A stretch of 64,000 nt of DNA from Flavobacteriaceae bacterium (GTDB lineage Bacteria; Bacteroidota; Bacteroidia; Flavobacteriales; Flavobacteriaceae). The stretch is from contig JAFMLQ010000006.1 in the NCBI GenBank assembly GCA_017852075.1, positions 297 through 64,296 on the forward strand, given 5' to 3'. This document shows positions 36,544 to 47,729 of this stretch, in pieces (the stretch's first letter is position 1; every line of letters starts with the position of its first letter). A program made the translations under genes and the position numbers. The notes under the pieces are model-generated. The model was not told the DNA's origin and searched no databases. It saw only the letters and a list, made by a program, of their open reading frames with translations.

Positions 36544-38250
36544 TTGACCTGGATTTCAGAGTATAAATCTGAATATTTTAAGAGTGATTTAGCTGCTGGA
36601 ATTACCGTTGCTGTATTGCTCATTCCTCAGGGAATGGCTTATGCATTGATAGCAGGCTTACCTCCCATATATGGTCTTTATGCGGCATTGGTCCCACAAA
36701 TTGTTTATGCTTTTTTAGGAACTTCAAGGCAGCTTGCTGTAGGTCCTGTAGCAATGGATTCACTTTTGGTCGCAGCAGGTTTGGGAGCCCTGAGTATTGT
36801 AGATCCCAGTCAGTACATCCAAATGGCAATTGTATTGGCACTGCTGATGGGTGCTCTTCAATTTATTTTAGGTTTATTGAGAATGGGATTTATCGTTTCC
36901 TTTTTATCGAAACCCGTCATCAACGGTTTTACTGCTGCTGCAGCAATTATCATTGGATTGAGTCAACTGCAACACTTGTTGGGAATTCCCGTCGCTCAAA
37001 GCAATAAAATTCAAGAGTTTGCCTCAACCTTCCTTCAAAGCACTACTCCAATTCACCTGCCTACTTTAATCATAGGATTGGGAAGTGTTTTACTTCTAAT
37101 TGGAATAAAAAAATGGAACCCTAAAATCCCTTCAGGACTAATTGCTGTGGTACTTGGAATTTTTTGGGTTTATTTTGGTAAACAGGCCCAAACGGGAGTT
37201 GCTATAGTAGGTGAGATTCCTAATGGACTTCCATCTTTCACGCTTCCATTAACCGATTGGGAAACTATTAAGGCATTATTTCCCATTGCACTCACTATAG
37301 CCTTGGTCGCTTTTATGGAAGCTGTGTCCGTCGCCAAAGCCATTCAGGAGAAACATAAAAATTACGAGATCAACCCAAATCAAGAACTGATTGCGTTAGG
37401 AGCTTCTAATATAATTGGCTCTTTGTTTCAATCCTATCCTACGACGGGAGGCTTTTCTCGGACTGCGGTAAACGATCAAGCTGGTGCCAAAACTGGGATA
37501 TCTGCTTTGGTAAGTGCTATTATTGTAGCAGTAATACTTAGCTTTTTTACGCACTGGTTTTTTTATCTTCCCAAAGCCGTTCTAGGAGCCATCATCATTG
37601 TCGCTGTAATCAATTTAATTGATTTAAAATACGCAGCTCGATTATTTAAAAGTAGAAAAGATGAATTTGCGGTACTACTTCTCACCTTTGTATTAACACT
37701 TTTTGTTGGAATCACACAAGGGATTCTCTTTGGAATCATTTTTTCTTTACTATTATTAGTTTTCAGAACTTCCAAACCTCATTATGCTTTCTTGGGACGT
37801 ATTGGGACAACCAACTATTTCAAAAATATAGAGCGCTTCCCCGAGGAAGTTGTGGTGCGAAATGATCTCATTATTTTGAGATTTGATGCACAGTTATTTT
37901 TTGGAAATATTGAATTCTTCAAAAAACTTGTTTTAGAAGCAATTGAAAAAAACAAAGGTCAAGTCAAAGGCTTTATAATCAATGCTAGAGCTATAAATTA
38001 TATCGACAGCACCGCTACAGAACAACTTGTGGAAATCATCAAAAAATTACAAAAAAAAGACATTCGGGTCATGATAGTAGGTGCCATCGGACCAGCAAGA
38101 GATTTAATCATCAAAAGCAAACTAATCAAAGTATTGGGTAAAGAAAATTTATTCATCACTTCGGGAGATGCATCGGATAGTTTCGACGGGATCTGTAAAA
38201 AAACATCCCTTCAGAAAAAGCTGAGTAGACAAAGTAATCTAAACATTTAA
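36544..38250 (+). CDS. SulP-family anion transporter with STAS domain
   Basis: Contains the DLAAGITVAVLLIPQGMAYALIAGLPPIYGLY N-terminal signature and a C-terminal STAS region (INYIDSTA). A TTG start is inferred because no in-frame ATG precedes the conserved N-terminus. Confidence 0.8.
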   Translation: MTWISEYKSEYFKSDLAAGITVAVLLIPQGMAYALIAGLPPIYGLYAALVPQIVYAFLGTSRQLAVGPVAMDSLLVAAGLGALSIVDPSQYIQMAIVLALLMGALQFILGLLRMGFIVSFLSKPVINGFTAAAAIIIGLSQLQHLLGIPVAQSNKIQEFASTFLQSTTPIHLPTLIIGLGSVLLLIGIKKWNPKIPSGLIAVVLGIFWVYFGKQAQTGVAIVGEIPNGLPSFTLPLTDWETIKALFPIALTIALVAFMEAVSVAKAIQEKHKNYEINPNQELIALGASNIIGSLFQSYPTTGGFSRTAVNDQAGAKTGISALVSAIIVAVILSFFTHWFFYLPKAVLGAIIIVAVINLIDLKYAARLFKSRKDEFAVLLLTFVLTLFVGITQGILFGIIFSLLLLVFRTSKPHYAFLGRIGTTNYFKNIERFPEEVVVRNDLIILRFDAQLFFGNIEFFKKLVLEAIEKNKGQVKGFIINARAINYIDSTATEQLVEIIKKLQKKDIRVMIVGAIGPARDLIIKSKLIKVLGKENLFITSGDASDSFDGICKKTSLQKKLSRQSNLNI

Positions 38251-38268
38251 TAAATAAAAATTTGAATT

Positions 38269-39678
38269 ATGCATATCGAACAAATCTATACAGGCTGTCT
38301 TTCACAAGGGGCTTATTACATTGAGAGTAAAGGGGAGGCTGCTATTATTGACCCTTTGCGTGAGGTGAAGCCCTACCTAGAAAAAGCAAAAAAAAATAAC
38401 GCTACAATCAAGTACATTTTTGAGACCCATTTTCATGCCGATTTTGTAAGCGGTCATGTTACATTGGCTAAGGAAACAGGAGCCTCCATTGTTTATGGTC
38501 CAGGAGCCAAAACAGGTTTTGATTCCTTGATTGCCAAAGATCAACAGGAGTTTAAAATTGGGGAGGTCACCCTTACCGTACTCCATACACCCGGACACAC
38601 TATGGAAAGTACGACCTATTTACTTCGTGATGCTTCTCAAAAAGACATAGCAATTTTCAGCGGTGATACCCTGTTTTTAGGTGACGTAGGACGTCCCGAT
38701 CTCGCACAAAAAGCAGCCAATATGACTCAAGAAGATTTAGCAGGAATACTCTATGAAAGTTTGAGAAAAAAAATCATGCCTTTGGCAGATGACGTTCTGG
38801 TATACCCGGCACATGGCGCGGGATCTGCTTGTGGCAAAAACCTTAGTAAAGAAACTGTTGGAACTATCGGAGAACAAAAGAAAACCAACTATGCCCTTCG
38901 AGCAGACATGACAAAAGAGGAGTTTATCAAAGAGGTTACGGACGGACTTCTACCTCCTCCACAATATTTTCCTTTGAATGTCAAAATGAACAAAGAAGGT
39001 TATGAGGATATAGATAAGGTGCTCAAGTCAGGTACCACTCCTTTGGATCCTGAGGCCTTTGAAAAACTAGCAAATCAAAGTGGTGCTATTATTTTAGATG
39101 TCCGTCATCAGGATGTCTTTGCCAAAGGACATATTCCTCAATCTATTTTTATTGGAATAGATGGCGGATTTGCCCCGTGGGTTGGTGCCATGATTGGAGA
39201 TGTGTCTCAACCCATTCTTCTTGTTACCCCAGAAGGAAGAGAAGAAGAAACTGTTATGCGTCTTGCCCGAGTGGGTTTTGACAATACCCTTGGATATTTA
39301 AAGGGAAGTTTTGAGGCATGGAAAAAAGAAGGTAAAACTACTGACAAGGTAGAAGGAATTGATGCAGCAGGACTAAAAGCACTGAGTGAAAAAGAAAGTG
39401 TAACCGTTTTTGATGTTCGTAAACCTGGGGAATACCTTTCTGAACATATTCCAGATGCTAAAAGCACTCCTTTAGATTTCATCAATGAGCATATGAATGA
39501 ATTTCCCACAGAAAAGCCTTTTTATATGCATTGTGCAGGGGGTTATCGAAGCATGATTGCTGCTTCAATTCTAAAAAGTAGAGGAATTCATAATCTGATT
39601 GACATTAAGGGCGGATTTGGAGCCATTAAAGAAAGTGGAATGAAGGTCTCTGACTATATATGCCCTTCTACCCTATAA
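38269..39678 (+). CDS. Metallo-beta-lactamase-fold persulfide dioxygenase fused to two rhodanese domains (CstB-like architecture)
   Basis: Contains the THFHADFVSGH (HxHxD-type) metal motif and HTPGHT. The C-terminal part has a rhodanese domain lacking the active Cys, followed by one carrying the CAGGYRS catalytic loop. Confidence 0.78.
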   Translation: MHIEQIYTGCLSQGAYYIESKGEAAIIDPLREVKPYLEKAKKNNATIKYIFETHFHADFVSGHVTLAKETGASIVYGPGAKTGFDSLIAKDQQEFKIGEVTLTVLHTPGHTMESTTYLLRDASQKDIAIFSGDTLFLGDVGRPDLAQKAANMTQEDLAGILYESLRKKIMPLADDVLVYPAHGAGSACGKNLSKETVGTIGEQKKTNYALRADMTKEEFIKEVTDGLLPPPQYFPLNVKMNKEGYEDIDKVLKSGTTPLDPEAFEKLANQSGAIILDVRHQDVFAKGHIPQSIFIGIDGGFAPWVGAMIGDVSQPILLVTPEGREEETVMRLARVGFDNTLGYLKGSFEAWKKEGKTTDKVEGIDAAGLKALSEKESVTVFDVRKPGEYLSEHIPDAKSTPLDFINEHMNEFPTEKPFYMHCAGGYRSMIAASILKSRGIHNLIDIKGGFGAIKESGMKVSDYICPSTL

Positions 39679-39707
39679 CATAACTAACTAAAACTATATT
39701 TATAATT

Positions 39708-40265
39708 ATGGAATGGATTTTTAACCCCTGGCCCTGGTATGTGGGTGGGCCACTAATTGCATTAGTGCTTTTTTTACTCTTATTTTTTGGAAAAAGTTTT
39801 GGAATGTCGTCCAATTTAAGAACTCTATGCACGATTTGTGGTGCTGGAAAAAATACTGATTTCTTTAAGTTTGATTGGAAAACCCAGCAGTGGAATCTTT
39901 TGGTTGCAGGAGGTGCCATCATCGGTGGGTGGATTGCTTCGAATTATCTCACCATCGACCCCAGTGTTTTGATTCATGAAGATACGATAGCAAAACTAAA
40001 CCAGCTCAATATTAAAAGTGCAGGAACTGCATATCTTCCCGAAGAGCTTTTTGGTATGGATCATTTTCTTGAACCTAAGATTTTTGCCTCATTAGCATTG
40101 GGGGGATTACTCGTGGGCTTTGGAGCTCGCTATGCGGGAGGCTGTACTTCAGGACATGCGATCTCAGGTCTCAGCAACTTACAATTGGTTTCTCTGTATG
40201 CCGTTATTGGCTTTTTCGTAGGTGGACTTCTTATGAATCATTTTTTACTCCCTTTTATTTTATAA
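39708..40265 (+). CDS. YeeE/YedE-family sulfur-compound transporter subunit
   Basis: A polytopic protein with the YAGGCTSGH motif; 185 aa. Confidence 0.75.
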   Translation: MEWIFNPWPWYVGGPLIALVLFLLLFFGKSFGMSSNLRTLCTICGAGKNTDFFKFDWKTQQWNLLVAGGAIIGGWIASNYLTIDPSVLIHEDTIAKLNQLNIKSAGTAYLPEELFGMDHFLEPKIFASLALGGLLVGFGARYAGGCTSGHAISGLSNLQLVSLYAVIGFFVGGLLMNHFLLPFIL

Positions 40266-40268
40266 GCT

Positions 40269-40682
40269 ATGAGACAAATTATTTTTCTTTTTATCGGAAT
40301 CCTTTTTGGAATTGTCATGTTTAAATCAGAAGCCGCTTCATGGTTTCGCATCTATGAAATGTTTCAATTCAAGTCATTTCATATGTATGGTATAATTGGT
40401 TCTGCACTCGCCATAGGTGTTGTAATGATTCAATTGATCAAACGCTATCAACTAAAGTCTGCCTATGGGGAGCCTATTGTGATTCCTGACAAGGCCAAGA
40501 GTTTTTATCGCTATAGTATAGGGGGAACTATATTTGGCTTAGGTTGGGGACTCTCAGGCGCTTGTCCTGGTCCAATTTTTACCTTATTGGGCGCTGGATT
40601 TTTACCCATAATGGTTGTGCTTGTTTTCGCAGTAGCAGGGACTTGGGTTTATGGACTTTTGATGGACAAGCTTCCTCATTAA
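40269..40682 (+). CDS. YeeE/YedE-family (second half-type) membrane protein
   Basis: 137 aa with the GLSGACPGP motif. It starts 3 nt after the preceding gene. Confidence 0.72.
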   Translation: MRQIIFLFIGILFGIVMFKSEAASWFRIYEMFQFKSFHMYGIIGSALAIGVVMIQLIKRYQLKSAYGEPIVIPDKAKSFYRYSIGGTIFGLGWGLSGACPGPIFTLLGAGFLPIMVVLVFAVAGTWVYGLLMDKLPH

Positions 40683-40716
40683 AGTCCCTTTTAAATTGTC
40701 TAAATTGTTGGATCGG

Positions 40717-40739
40717 TCTGAAATTTTTATAATTTCAGA
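40717..40739 (+). terminator. Stem-loop TCTGAAAT-N7-ATTTCAGA after the sulfur operon (possible terminator, no T-tract)
   Basis: A perfect 8-bp AT-rich stem read directly, 35 nt after the stop at 40682. It lacks a downstream U-run. Confidence 0.3.
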
Positions 40740-40778
40740 TTAAAGACTGACAAAATGGCAATATCGTTCGGTTTTTTG

Positions 40779-40786
40779 TAATTTTG
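40779..40786 (+). promoter_or_regulatory. -7 promoter box TAATTTTG upstream of miaB
   Basis: Exact TAnnTTTG, 39 nt upstream of the ATG at 40825. A small hairpin AAAGCG-CTAA-CGCTTT (40797-40812) lies in the leader. Confidence 0.4.
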
Positions 40787-40824
40787 CGTGCAAATTAAAG
40801 CGCTAACGCTTTATAAAACTTGTT

Positions 40825-42294
40825 ATGTCAGTAAAAGAATTACAATCTTTGGAAAAAAATCCTTTGGAACATAATGGAACTCCTAGTCCAAACTCTTCTA
40901 AGGAAAATAAAATTTCCAAAAAAGCCTATATCGAAAGTTATGGCTGTCAGATGAATTTTGCAGACAGTGAGGTTGTAGCTTCCATCTTAACTAAAGAAGG
41001 TTATACCATTACCGAGCAGTTGGATCAAGCTTCTTTAGTTTTGGTCAACACCTGCTCTATCAGAGAAAAAGCCGAGAAAACCGTGCGGAAGCGTCTCGAA
41101 TACTTTAAGTCCAAAAAAAAGGAACAAAAGGAGATGACCGTAGGTGTACTAGGCTGTATGGCCGAACGTTTGAAACACAAATTCCTTGAAGAAGAAAAGA
41201 TTGTAGATCTTGTTGTAGGTCCCGATGCTTATAAAGATATTCCTAATTTACTTCAGGAAGTCGCCAACGAAAAAGAGGCCGTAAATGTTCTGTTGTCAAA
41301 AGAGGAAACTTACGGAGATATTGCTCCTGTGCGTTTAAATTCGAATGGCATTTCTGCTTTTGTATCGATCACCAGAGGCTGTGATAACATGTGTACCTTT
41401 TGTGTAGTGCCTTTTACCCGAGGAAGGGAACGCAGTCGAGACCCCAAAAGTATTTTAGATGAGGTTTCAGATTTGGACGCTAAAGGGTTTAAAGAAATTA
41501 CTCTACTAGGACAAAATGTAGATAGTTACCTCTGGTATGGAGGAGGTTTAAAAAAAGATTTTAATAAGGCCACTCCCCTACAACAAAAAACAGCTTTGCG
41601 TTTTGACAAGCTTTTGAGTTTAGTGGCGGAGGCACATCCTAAAATCCGTATACGCTTTTCAACTTCCAATCCACAAGATATGTCTCTGGAGGTGTTAAAA
41701 GTCATGGCAAAATACGATAATATTTGCAAGTACATTCATCTACCAGTACAGTCGGGGAGCAATGCCATTCTCAAAAAAATGAACCGCCAACATACACGAA
41801 ATGAGTATTTTGAACTTATTGATTCAATACGAAAAATCATTCCAGATTGTGGAATTTCTCATGATATGATTGCTGGTTTTCCTGGTGAAACTGAAAAAGA
41901 TCACAAAGACACTTTGGATTTGATGGACTATGTAAAATACGACTTTGGATTCATGTTTGCCTACTCTGAACGTCCCGGGACTCTTGCGGAAAGAAAAATT
42001 GAGGACGATGTCCCTGAAACAGTAAAGAAAAGGAGACTCAATGAAATTATCCAAAAACAACAAGAGCACAGTTTGTTTCGAACCCAACAATTTCTTGGAA
42101 AAACCGTTTGTGTTTTGATTGAAAAAACATCCAAACGATCAGAAAATCACTGGAGTGGTAGAACAACGCAAAACACAGTAGTTGTTTTTCCAAAAGGACG
42201 CTACACTGAAGGAGATTTTGTAGATGTCAAAATCAAGGAGTGTACCTCTGCTACCCTTTTGGGCGAGGCCGTTCAACTTTCAAATCAAATATAA
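40825..42294 (+). CDS. miaB: tRNA-i6A37 methylthiotransferase (radical SAM)
   Basis: UPF0004 N-terminal Cys triad (GCQMN, NTCSIRE, GCMAE), a radical-SAM CDNMCTFCVVP motif and a C-terminal TRAM domain. Confidence 0.9.
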   Translation: MSVKELQSLEKNPLEHNGTPSPNSSKENKISKKAYIESYGCQMNFADSEVVASILTKEGYTITEQLDQASLVLVNTCSIREKAEKTVRKRLEYFKSKKKEQKEMTVGVLGCMAERLKHKFLEEEKIVDLVVGPDAYKDIPNLLQEVANEKEAVNVLLSKEETYGDIAPVRLNSNGISAFVSITRGCDNMCTFCVVPFTRGRERSRDPKSILDEVSDLDAKGFKEITLLGQNVDSYLWYGGGLKKDFNKATPLQQKTALRFDKLLSLVAEAHPKIRIRFSTSNPQDMSLEVLKVMAKYDNICKYIHLPVQSGSNAILKKMNRQHTRNEYFELIDSIRKIIPDCGISHDMIAGFPGETEKDHKDTLDLMDYVKYDFGFMFAYSERPGTLAERKIEDDVPETVKKRRLNEIIQKQQEHSLFRTQQFLGKTVCVLIEKTSKRSENHWSGRTTQNTVVVFPKGRYTEGDFVDVKIKECTSATLLGEAVQLSNQI

Positions 42295-42296
42295 CC

Positions 42297-43562
42297 ATGG
42301 ATTCATTACAAAGTGTAAAACAACGTTTTGGAATAATTGGGAACAATTTGGGGCTCAATCGGGCACTTGAAAAAAGCCTGAGAGTATCGAATACAGATAT
42401 TTCAGTTTTAGTAATTGGGGAAAGTGGTGTGGGAAAGGAAAGTATTCCAAAGATAATTCACCAGTATTCTCATAGAAAACACAACAAGTTCATCGCAGTG
42501 AACTGTGGAGCTATCCCAGAAGGAACTATTGATAGTGAGCTTTTTGGACACGAGAAAGGGGCCTTCACTGGAGCCACACAAACACGTGGGGGATATTTTG
42601 AAGTGGCTGATGGAGGGACTATTTTTTTAGACGAAGTAGGAGAACTCCCGCTACAAACTCAAGTGCGCCTGTTACGGGTCTTGGAAAGTGGAGAATTTAT
42701 CAAAGTGGGGTCTTCTAAAGTCCAAAAAACCAATGTCAGAATTGTTGCTGCAACTAATGTCAATATGATTGAAGCCATCTCTAAAGGAAAATTTAGAGAA
42801 GATTTATATTACAGGCTCAGTACCGTAGAAATTCACCTTCCTCCTTTAAGAGACCGAAAGGAAGACATCGTATTATTGTTTCGGAAATTTGCAGCAGATT
42901 TTGCTCAAAAATACCATATGCCGCCGATAAAACTTGATGAACACGCACAAGCGCTACTGACTGATTACCGATGGAGTGGAAATATTAGACAACTCCGCAA
43001 TGTAGCCGAACAAATATCTGTTTTAGAAAAAGAACGGAACATCAATGCTGCTGGTATTCGCCCTTATCTTCCTGACCGAGAGTCACAACTCCCCGCACTT
43101 ATTGACAAAAAAGAAAGTAAAAGTGATTTTTCTTCAGAACGAGAAATCTTGTACAAAGTCCTTTTTGATATGAAAAGTGACCTAAATGATTTGAAAAAGC
43201 TCACTTTGGATTTGATCAAAAATGGTACTGAAAGTGAAATCAATGAAAAAAATCAAAGCCTTATCGAAAAAATATATGGCAAGAAAGACTCGCTGCCTGA
43301 AGAACCCAAGGCTTTAGATCCAGTTTCAATCACTCCAGAAACTCCAGAAATTTCAAAGGTAGAAACCGTGGATAAATATTCCTATGCCGAAACTATTGAA
43401 GAAGAGGAACCTCTTTCGCTACATGAAAAAGAATTGGAAATGATCAAACAAGCCCTCATTCGTAGCAAAGGAAAACGTAAATTAGCAGCACATGAATTAG
43501 GCATTTCTGAACGTACACTGTATCGAAAAATTAAACAATTTGACATCAATGACTTGGAATAG
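42297..43562 (+). CDS. Sigma-54-dependent transcriptional activator lacking an N-terminal sensor/receiver domain
   Basis: Walker A (GESGVGKE) starts about 60 residues from the N-terminus. The GAFTGA loop is present and there is a C-terminal Fis-type HTH ([11 protein letters not shown]). I chose the start at MDSLQS (42297) rather than 42240, which overlaps miaB. Confidence 0.85.
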   Translation: MDSLQSVKQRFGIIGNNLGLNRALEKSLRVSNTDISVLVIGESGVGKESIPKIIHQYSHRKHNKFIAVNCGAIPEGTIDSELFGHEKGAFTGATQTRGGYFEVADGGTIFLDEVGELPLQTQVRLLRVLESGEFIKVGSSKVQKTNVRIVAATNVNMIEAISKGKFREDLYYRLSTVEIHLPPLRDRKEDIVLLFRKFAADFAQKYHMPPIKLDEHAQALLTDYRWSGNIRQLRNVAEQISVLEKERNINAAGIRPYLPDRESQLPALIDKKESKSDFSSEREILYKVLFDMKSDLNDLKKLTLDLIKNGTESEINEKNQSLIEKIYGKKDSLPEEPKALDPVSITPETPEISKVETVDKYSYAETIEEEEPLSLHEKELEMIKQALIRSKGKRKLAAHELGISERTLYRKIKQFDINDLE

Positions 43563-44073
43563 GATCGCGATTTTAGTTGTATTTATTCTGGTTTTTGCCA
43601 CACAATCCTGTGGGATATACTCCTTTACTGGAGCTTCAATCCCTCCAGGCGTAACCACTTTTCAGGTTAACTTTTTTGAAAATCAAGCAGGAAACAGACC
43701 TGGATCAACCGTAGAGCCTGGACTGGACAACGATTTTACCAATGCACTTCAAGACCTCATCATGAATCAAACCAATCTCAATCTGGTCAGTCAAGATGGA
43801 CAATTGATTTACGAAGGAGAAATCACCGAGTACAGTGTGACCCCAATGTCTGCTACTTCTCAAAATACAGCTGCCCAAAACCGACTGAAGATGACTGTGG
43901 ATTTTCGCTTTTTTAATATTCAAAAAGAGGAAGATGATTTTAACAAAAAATATTCTTTTTTTTATGATTTCCCTGCAGAACTTCAAGTGTATGACGTAAT
44001 TGACAGTGCACACAAGGAAATTTTTGATCGAATTACTCAAGACATATTTAACGATACTTTAGCCAAATGGTAG
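43540..44073 (+). CDS. lptE: LptE-like LPS-assembly lipoprotein
   Basis: Lipobox ATQSCG followed by IYSFTGASIP, the pattern of Bacteroidetes LptE. The conserved neighbourhood with secG is recalled from memory, not checked. The alternative start at 43549 is equally possible. Confidence 0.55.
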   Translation: MTSMTWNRIAILVVFILVFATQSCGIYSFTGASIPPGVTTFQVNFFENQAGNRPGSTVEPGLDNDFTNALQDLIMNQTNLNLVSQDGQLIYEGEITEYSVTPMSATSQNTAAQNRLKMTVDFRFFNIQKEEDDFNKKYSFFYDFPAELQVYDVIDSAHKEIFDRITQDIFNDTLAKW

Positions 44074-44795
44074 TTGCAGATGCCCATTCATTAGTTTCTC
44101 TCATAGAACAATTTGATCCTAATAATAAGGAACAACTCCAAATACTTAAAAATATACTGGAACAACATCCCAATTTTCATTGGATACGTGCACATTACCT
44201 CAAGGCCGTCCAAGCATTGGAACCTGAATCTTTTGATAAAAATCTTTCTCATACTGCCATTGCAACTTATGACCGAGGTTTATTGTACGAATTTATTGAA
44301 ACCCAGACCCAACCTACAAAGCGTTCAGTATCCAAACAAAAACCTAAGGACAAAAAAGTCTCAGTCATAAAAGAAACTCAAATTGCAGAAAAAGATACCA
44401 CGAAATCCCCTGCCAATCTGGAGGAAGTATCTTTACAATCCCCTCCAGAAACTATGCGCTTTTCAGAATGGGCAAGTTATCTGAAGACCCGTAAAGCCCC
44501 ACAAAAAAACTTAAAAATCAATGATAAATTTGAACTTATCGATGCCTTTCTTTCCAAACAGGGCAAAATCATTCCTGACAAAAATTTAGAAAATAAAGAA
44601 GATTTAAGTGAAAAAAGTTGGGTTACTTCTGATGAACTAATGACAGAAACATTAGCCAAAGTTTTTGTCAAACAAAAAAAATACGACAACGCTCTAGAAG
44701 CCTATCAAATATTAGGCTTGAAATATCCAGAAAAAAATAGTTTCTTTGCAGACCAAATTAAAGAGATTAAAAGATTAAAAAAACTGAAAGAATAG
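44067..44795 (+). CDS. Hypothetical protein (helical, Lys-rich)
   Basis: 242 aa, overlapping the lptE stop by 7 nt. I recognise no motif. Confidence 0.55.
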   Translation: MVVADAHSLVSLIEQFDPNNKEQLQILKNILEQHPNFHWIRAHYLKAVQALEPESFDKNLSHTAIATYDRGLLYEFIETQTQPTKRSVSKQKPKDKKVSVIKETQIAEKDTTKSPANLEEVSLQSPPETMRFSEWASYLKTRKAPQKNLKINDKFELIDAFLSKQGKIIPDKNLENKEDLSEKSWVTSDELMTETLAKVFVKQKKYDNALEAYQILGLKYPEKNSFFADQIKEIKRLKKLKE

Positions 44796-44799
44796 TCCA

Positions 44800-45174
44800 A
44801 TGAGCACATTTTCTATCTTCATTACCCTAATTATCGTAGTATGCTTCCTCCTTGTTTTGGTGGTTATGGTTCAAAATCCTAAAGGAGGAGGACTCTCTTC
44901 TTCCTTTGGTGGTGGAACACAACAAGTGGGTGGGGTTCAAAAAACCTCAGACTTTCTAGATCGAAGCACTTGGATTTTAGCTACACTTCTATTGGCTTTA
45001 ATTTTAATTTCTAATGTTACTCTATCTTCTGGCGAAGGAGTCTCAGATTCCAAACTACTCGAAGATGGAACCCTACAACAGTCCATTCCCGAAACCCCTG
45101 CTCAGCAGATTGAGGAAATTCCAGAAATTCCTGCTGAAATACCCACTACAGAAATTCCTGAGATAGAGAATTAA
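44800..45174 (+). CDS. secG: Preprotein translocase subunit SecG with an acidic EIP-repeat tail
   Basis: Two TM segments flank the VQNPKGGGLSSSFGG loop. The C-terminal tail reads IEEIPEIPAEIPTTEIPEIEN. Confidence 0.8.
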   Translation: MSTFSIFITLIIVVCFLLVLVVMVQNPKGGGLSSSFGGGTQQVGGVQKTSDFLDRSTWILATLLLALILISNVTLSSGEGVSDSKLLEDGTLQQSIPETPAQQIEEIPEIPAEIPTTEIPEIEN

Positions 45175-45281
45175 ACCCTTTGATTCTAAGCTGGGACTGA
45201 CAGGCTGACATTTTTTAATGCAAATTGACAGTCCTTATCTACTTGGCATAGTTTCTGAAAAAAAACAATAAATTTTTAATC

Positions 45282-47211
<1,930 letters not shown>

Positions 47212-47233
47212 GCCGATTTGTAGATTAATTTAT

Positions 47234-47263
47234 AAGCTCCCTTTTTAGGGAGCTTTTTTTTTT
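47234..47263 (+). terminator. Rho-independent terminator of groESL
   Basis: A 9-bp stem AAGCTCCCT / AGGGAGCTT with a TTTT loop, followed by a run of 10 T. Confidence 0.85.
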
Positions 47264-47310
47264 AATAAATAAATTTATTACATTACTCATCTAACTCAAA
47301 TCTTATCATT

Positions 47311-47682
47311 ATGACAAAAAAATTATTTTTATCAGGAATCGCAGGCTTTGTTGTCTATTTTCTTTTGGGATGGCTTGCTTATGGAATTTTGTTTACCGAA
47401 GACACTACAGGTGAAGAATCTTTGCTATTTATCGCATTGGGCTGCTTATTTTATGCCTTTATCTATGCGACTATTTTTACCCGCTGGGCCAATATTACCA
47501 CCTTTACTACAGGGCTTAAAGCGGGAGCTATACTGGGACTTTTGTATGAACTGAGTTGGAGCTTCTTTTTCACTTCAGGAACCATAGAGATATTCCCATT
47601 TATCAAAGGAATACTCATCGGAGTTGTACTTACCAGTTTAATGGCAGGTGTCATCGCTTATGTGAATGGGAAAGTTTCCTAA
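47311..47682 (+). CDS. Small polytopic membrane protein (4 predicted TM), function unknown
   Basis: 123 aa with hydrophobic segments throughout. It is bracketed by two strong terminators. Confidence 0.6.
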   Translation: MTKKLFLSGIAGFVVYFLLGWLAYGILFTEDTTGEESLLFIALGCLFYAFIYATIFTRWANITTFTTGLKAGAILGLLYELSWSFFFTSGTIEIFPFIKGILIGVVLTSLMAGVIAYVNGKVS

Positions 47683-47696
47683 TTCAATCATTTTAA

Positions 47697-47729
47697 ATAA
47701 AAAAGGCTCCCAATGGGAGCCTTTTTTTT
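47697..47729. terminator. Bidirectional rho-independent terminator
   Basis: A 7-bp stem GGCTCCC / GGGAGCC with a 3-nt loop, flanked by an A-run upstream and 8 T downstream. It serves the plus gene ending at 47682 and the minus operon ending at 47728. Confidence 0.8.

Noticed and set aside
39708-40682. Split YeeE/YedE as a frameshifted pseudogene
   Set aside because: Each half has its own ATG and its own conserved Cys motif (GGCTSG, GACPG), and only a 3-nt gap separates them. The two-gene arrangement is the normal organisation of this family.
45244-45258. TGGCAT-N5-CTGA upstream of groES as a sigma-54 promoter
   Set aside because: Only the -24 GG half fits. The -12 position has CTGA instead of TTGC (no GC dinucleotide at the correct spacing), so it is most likely chance.
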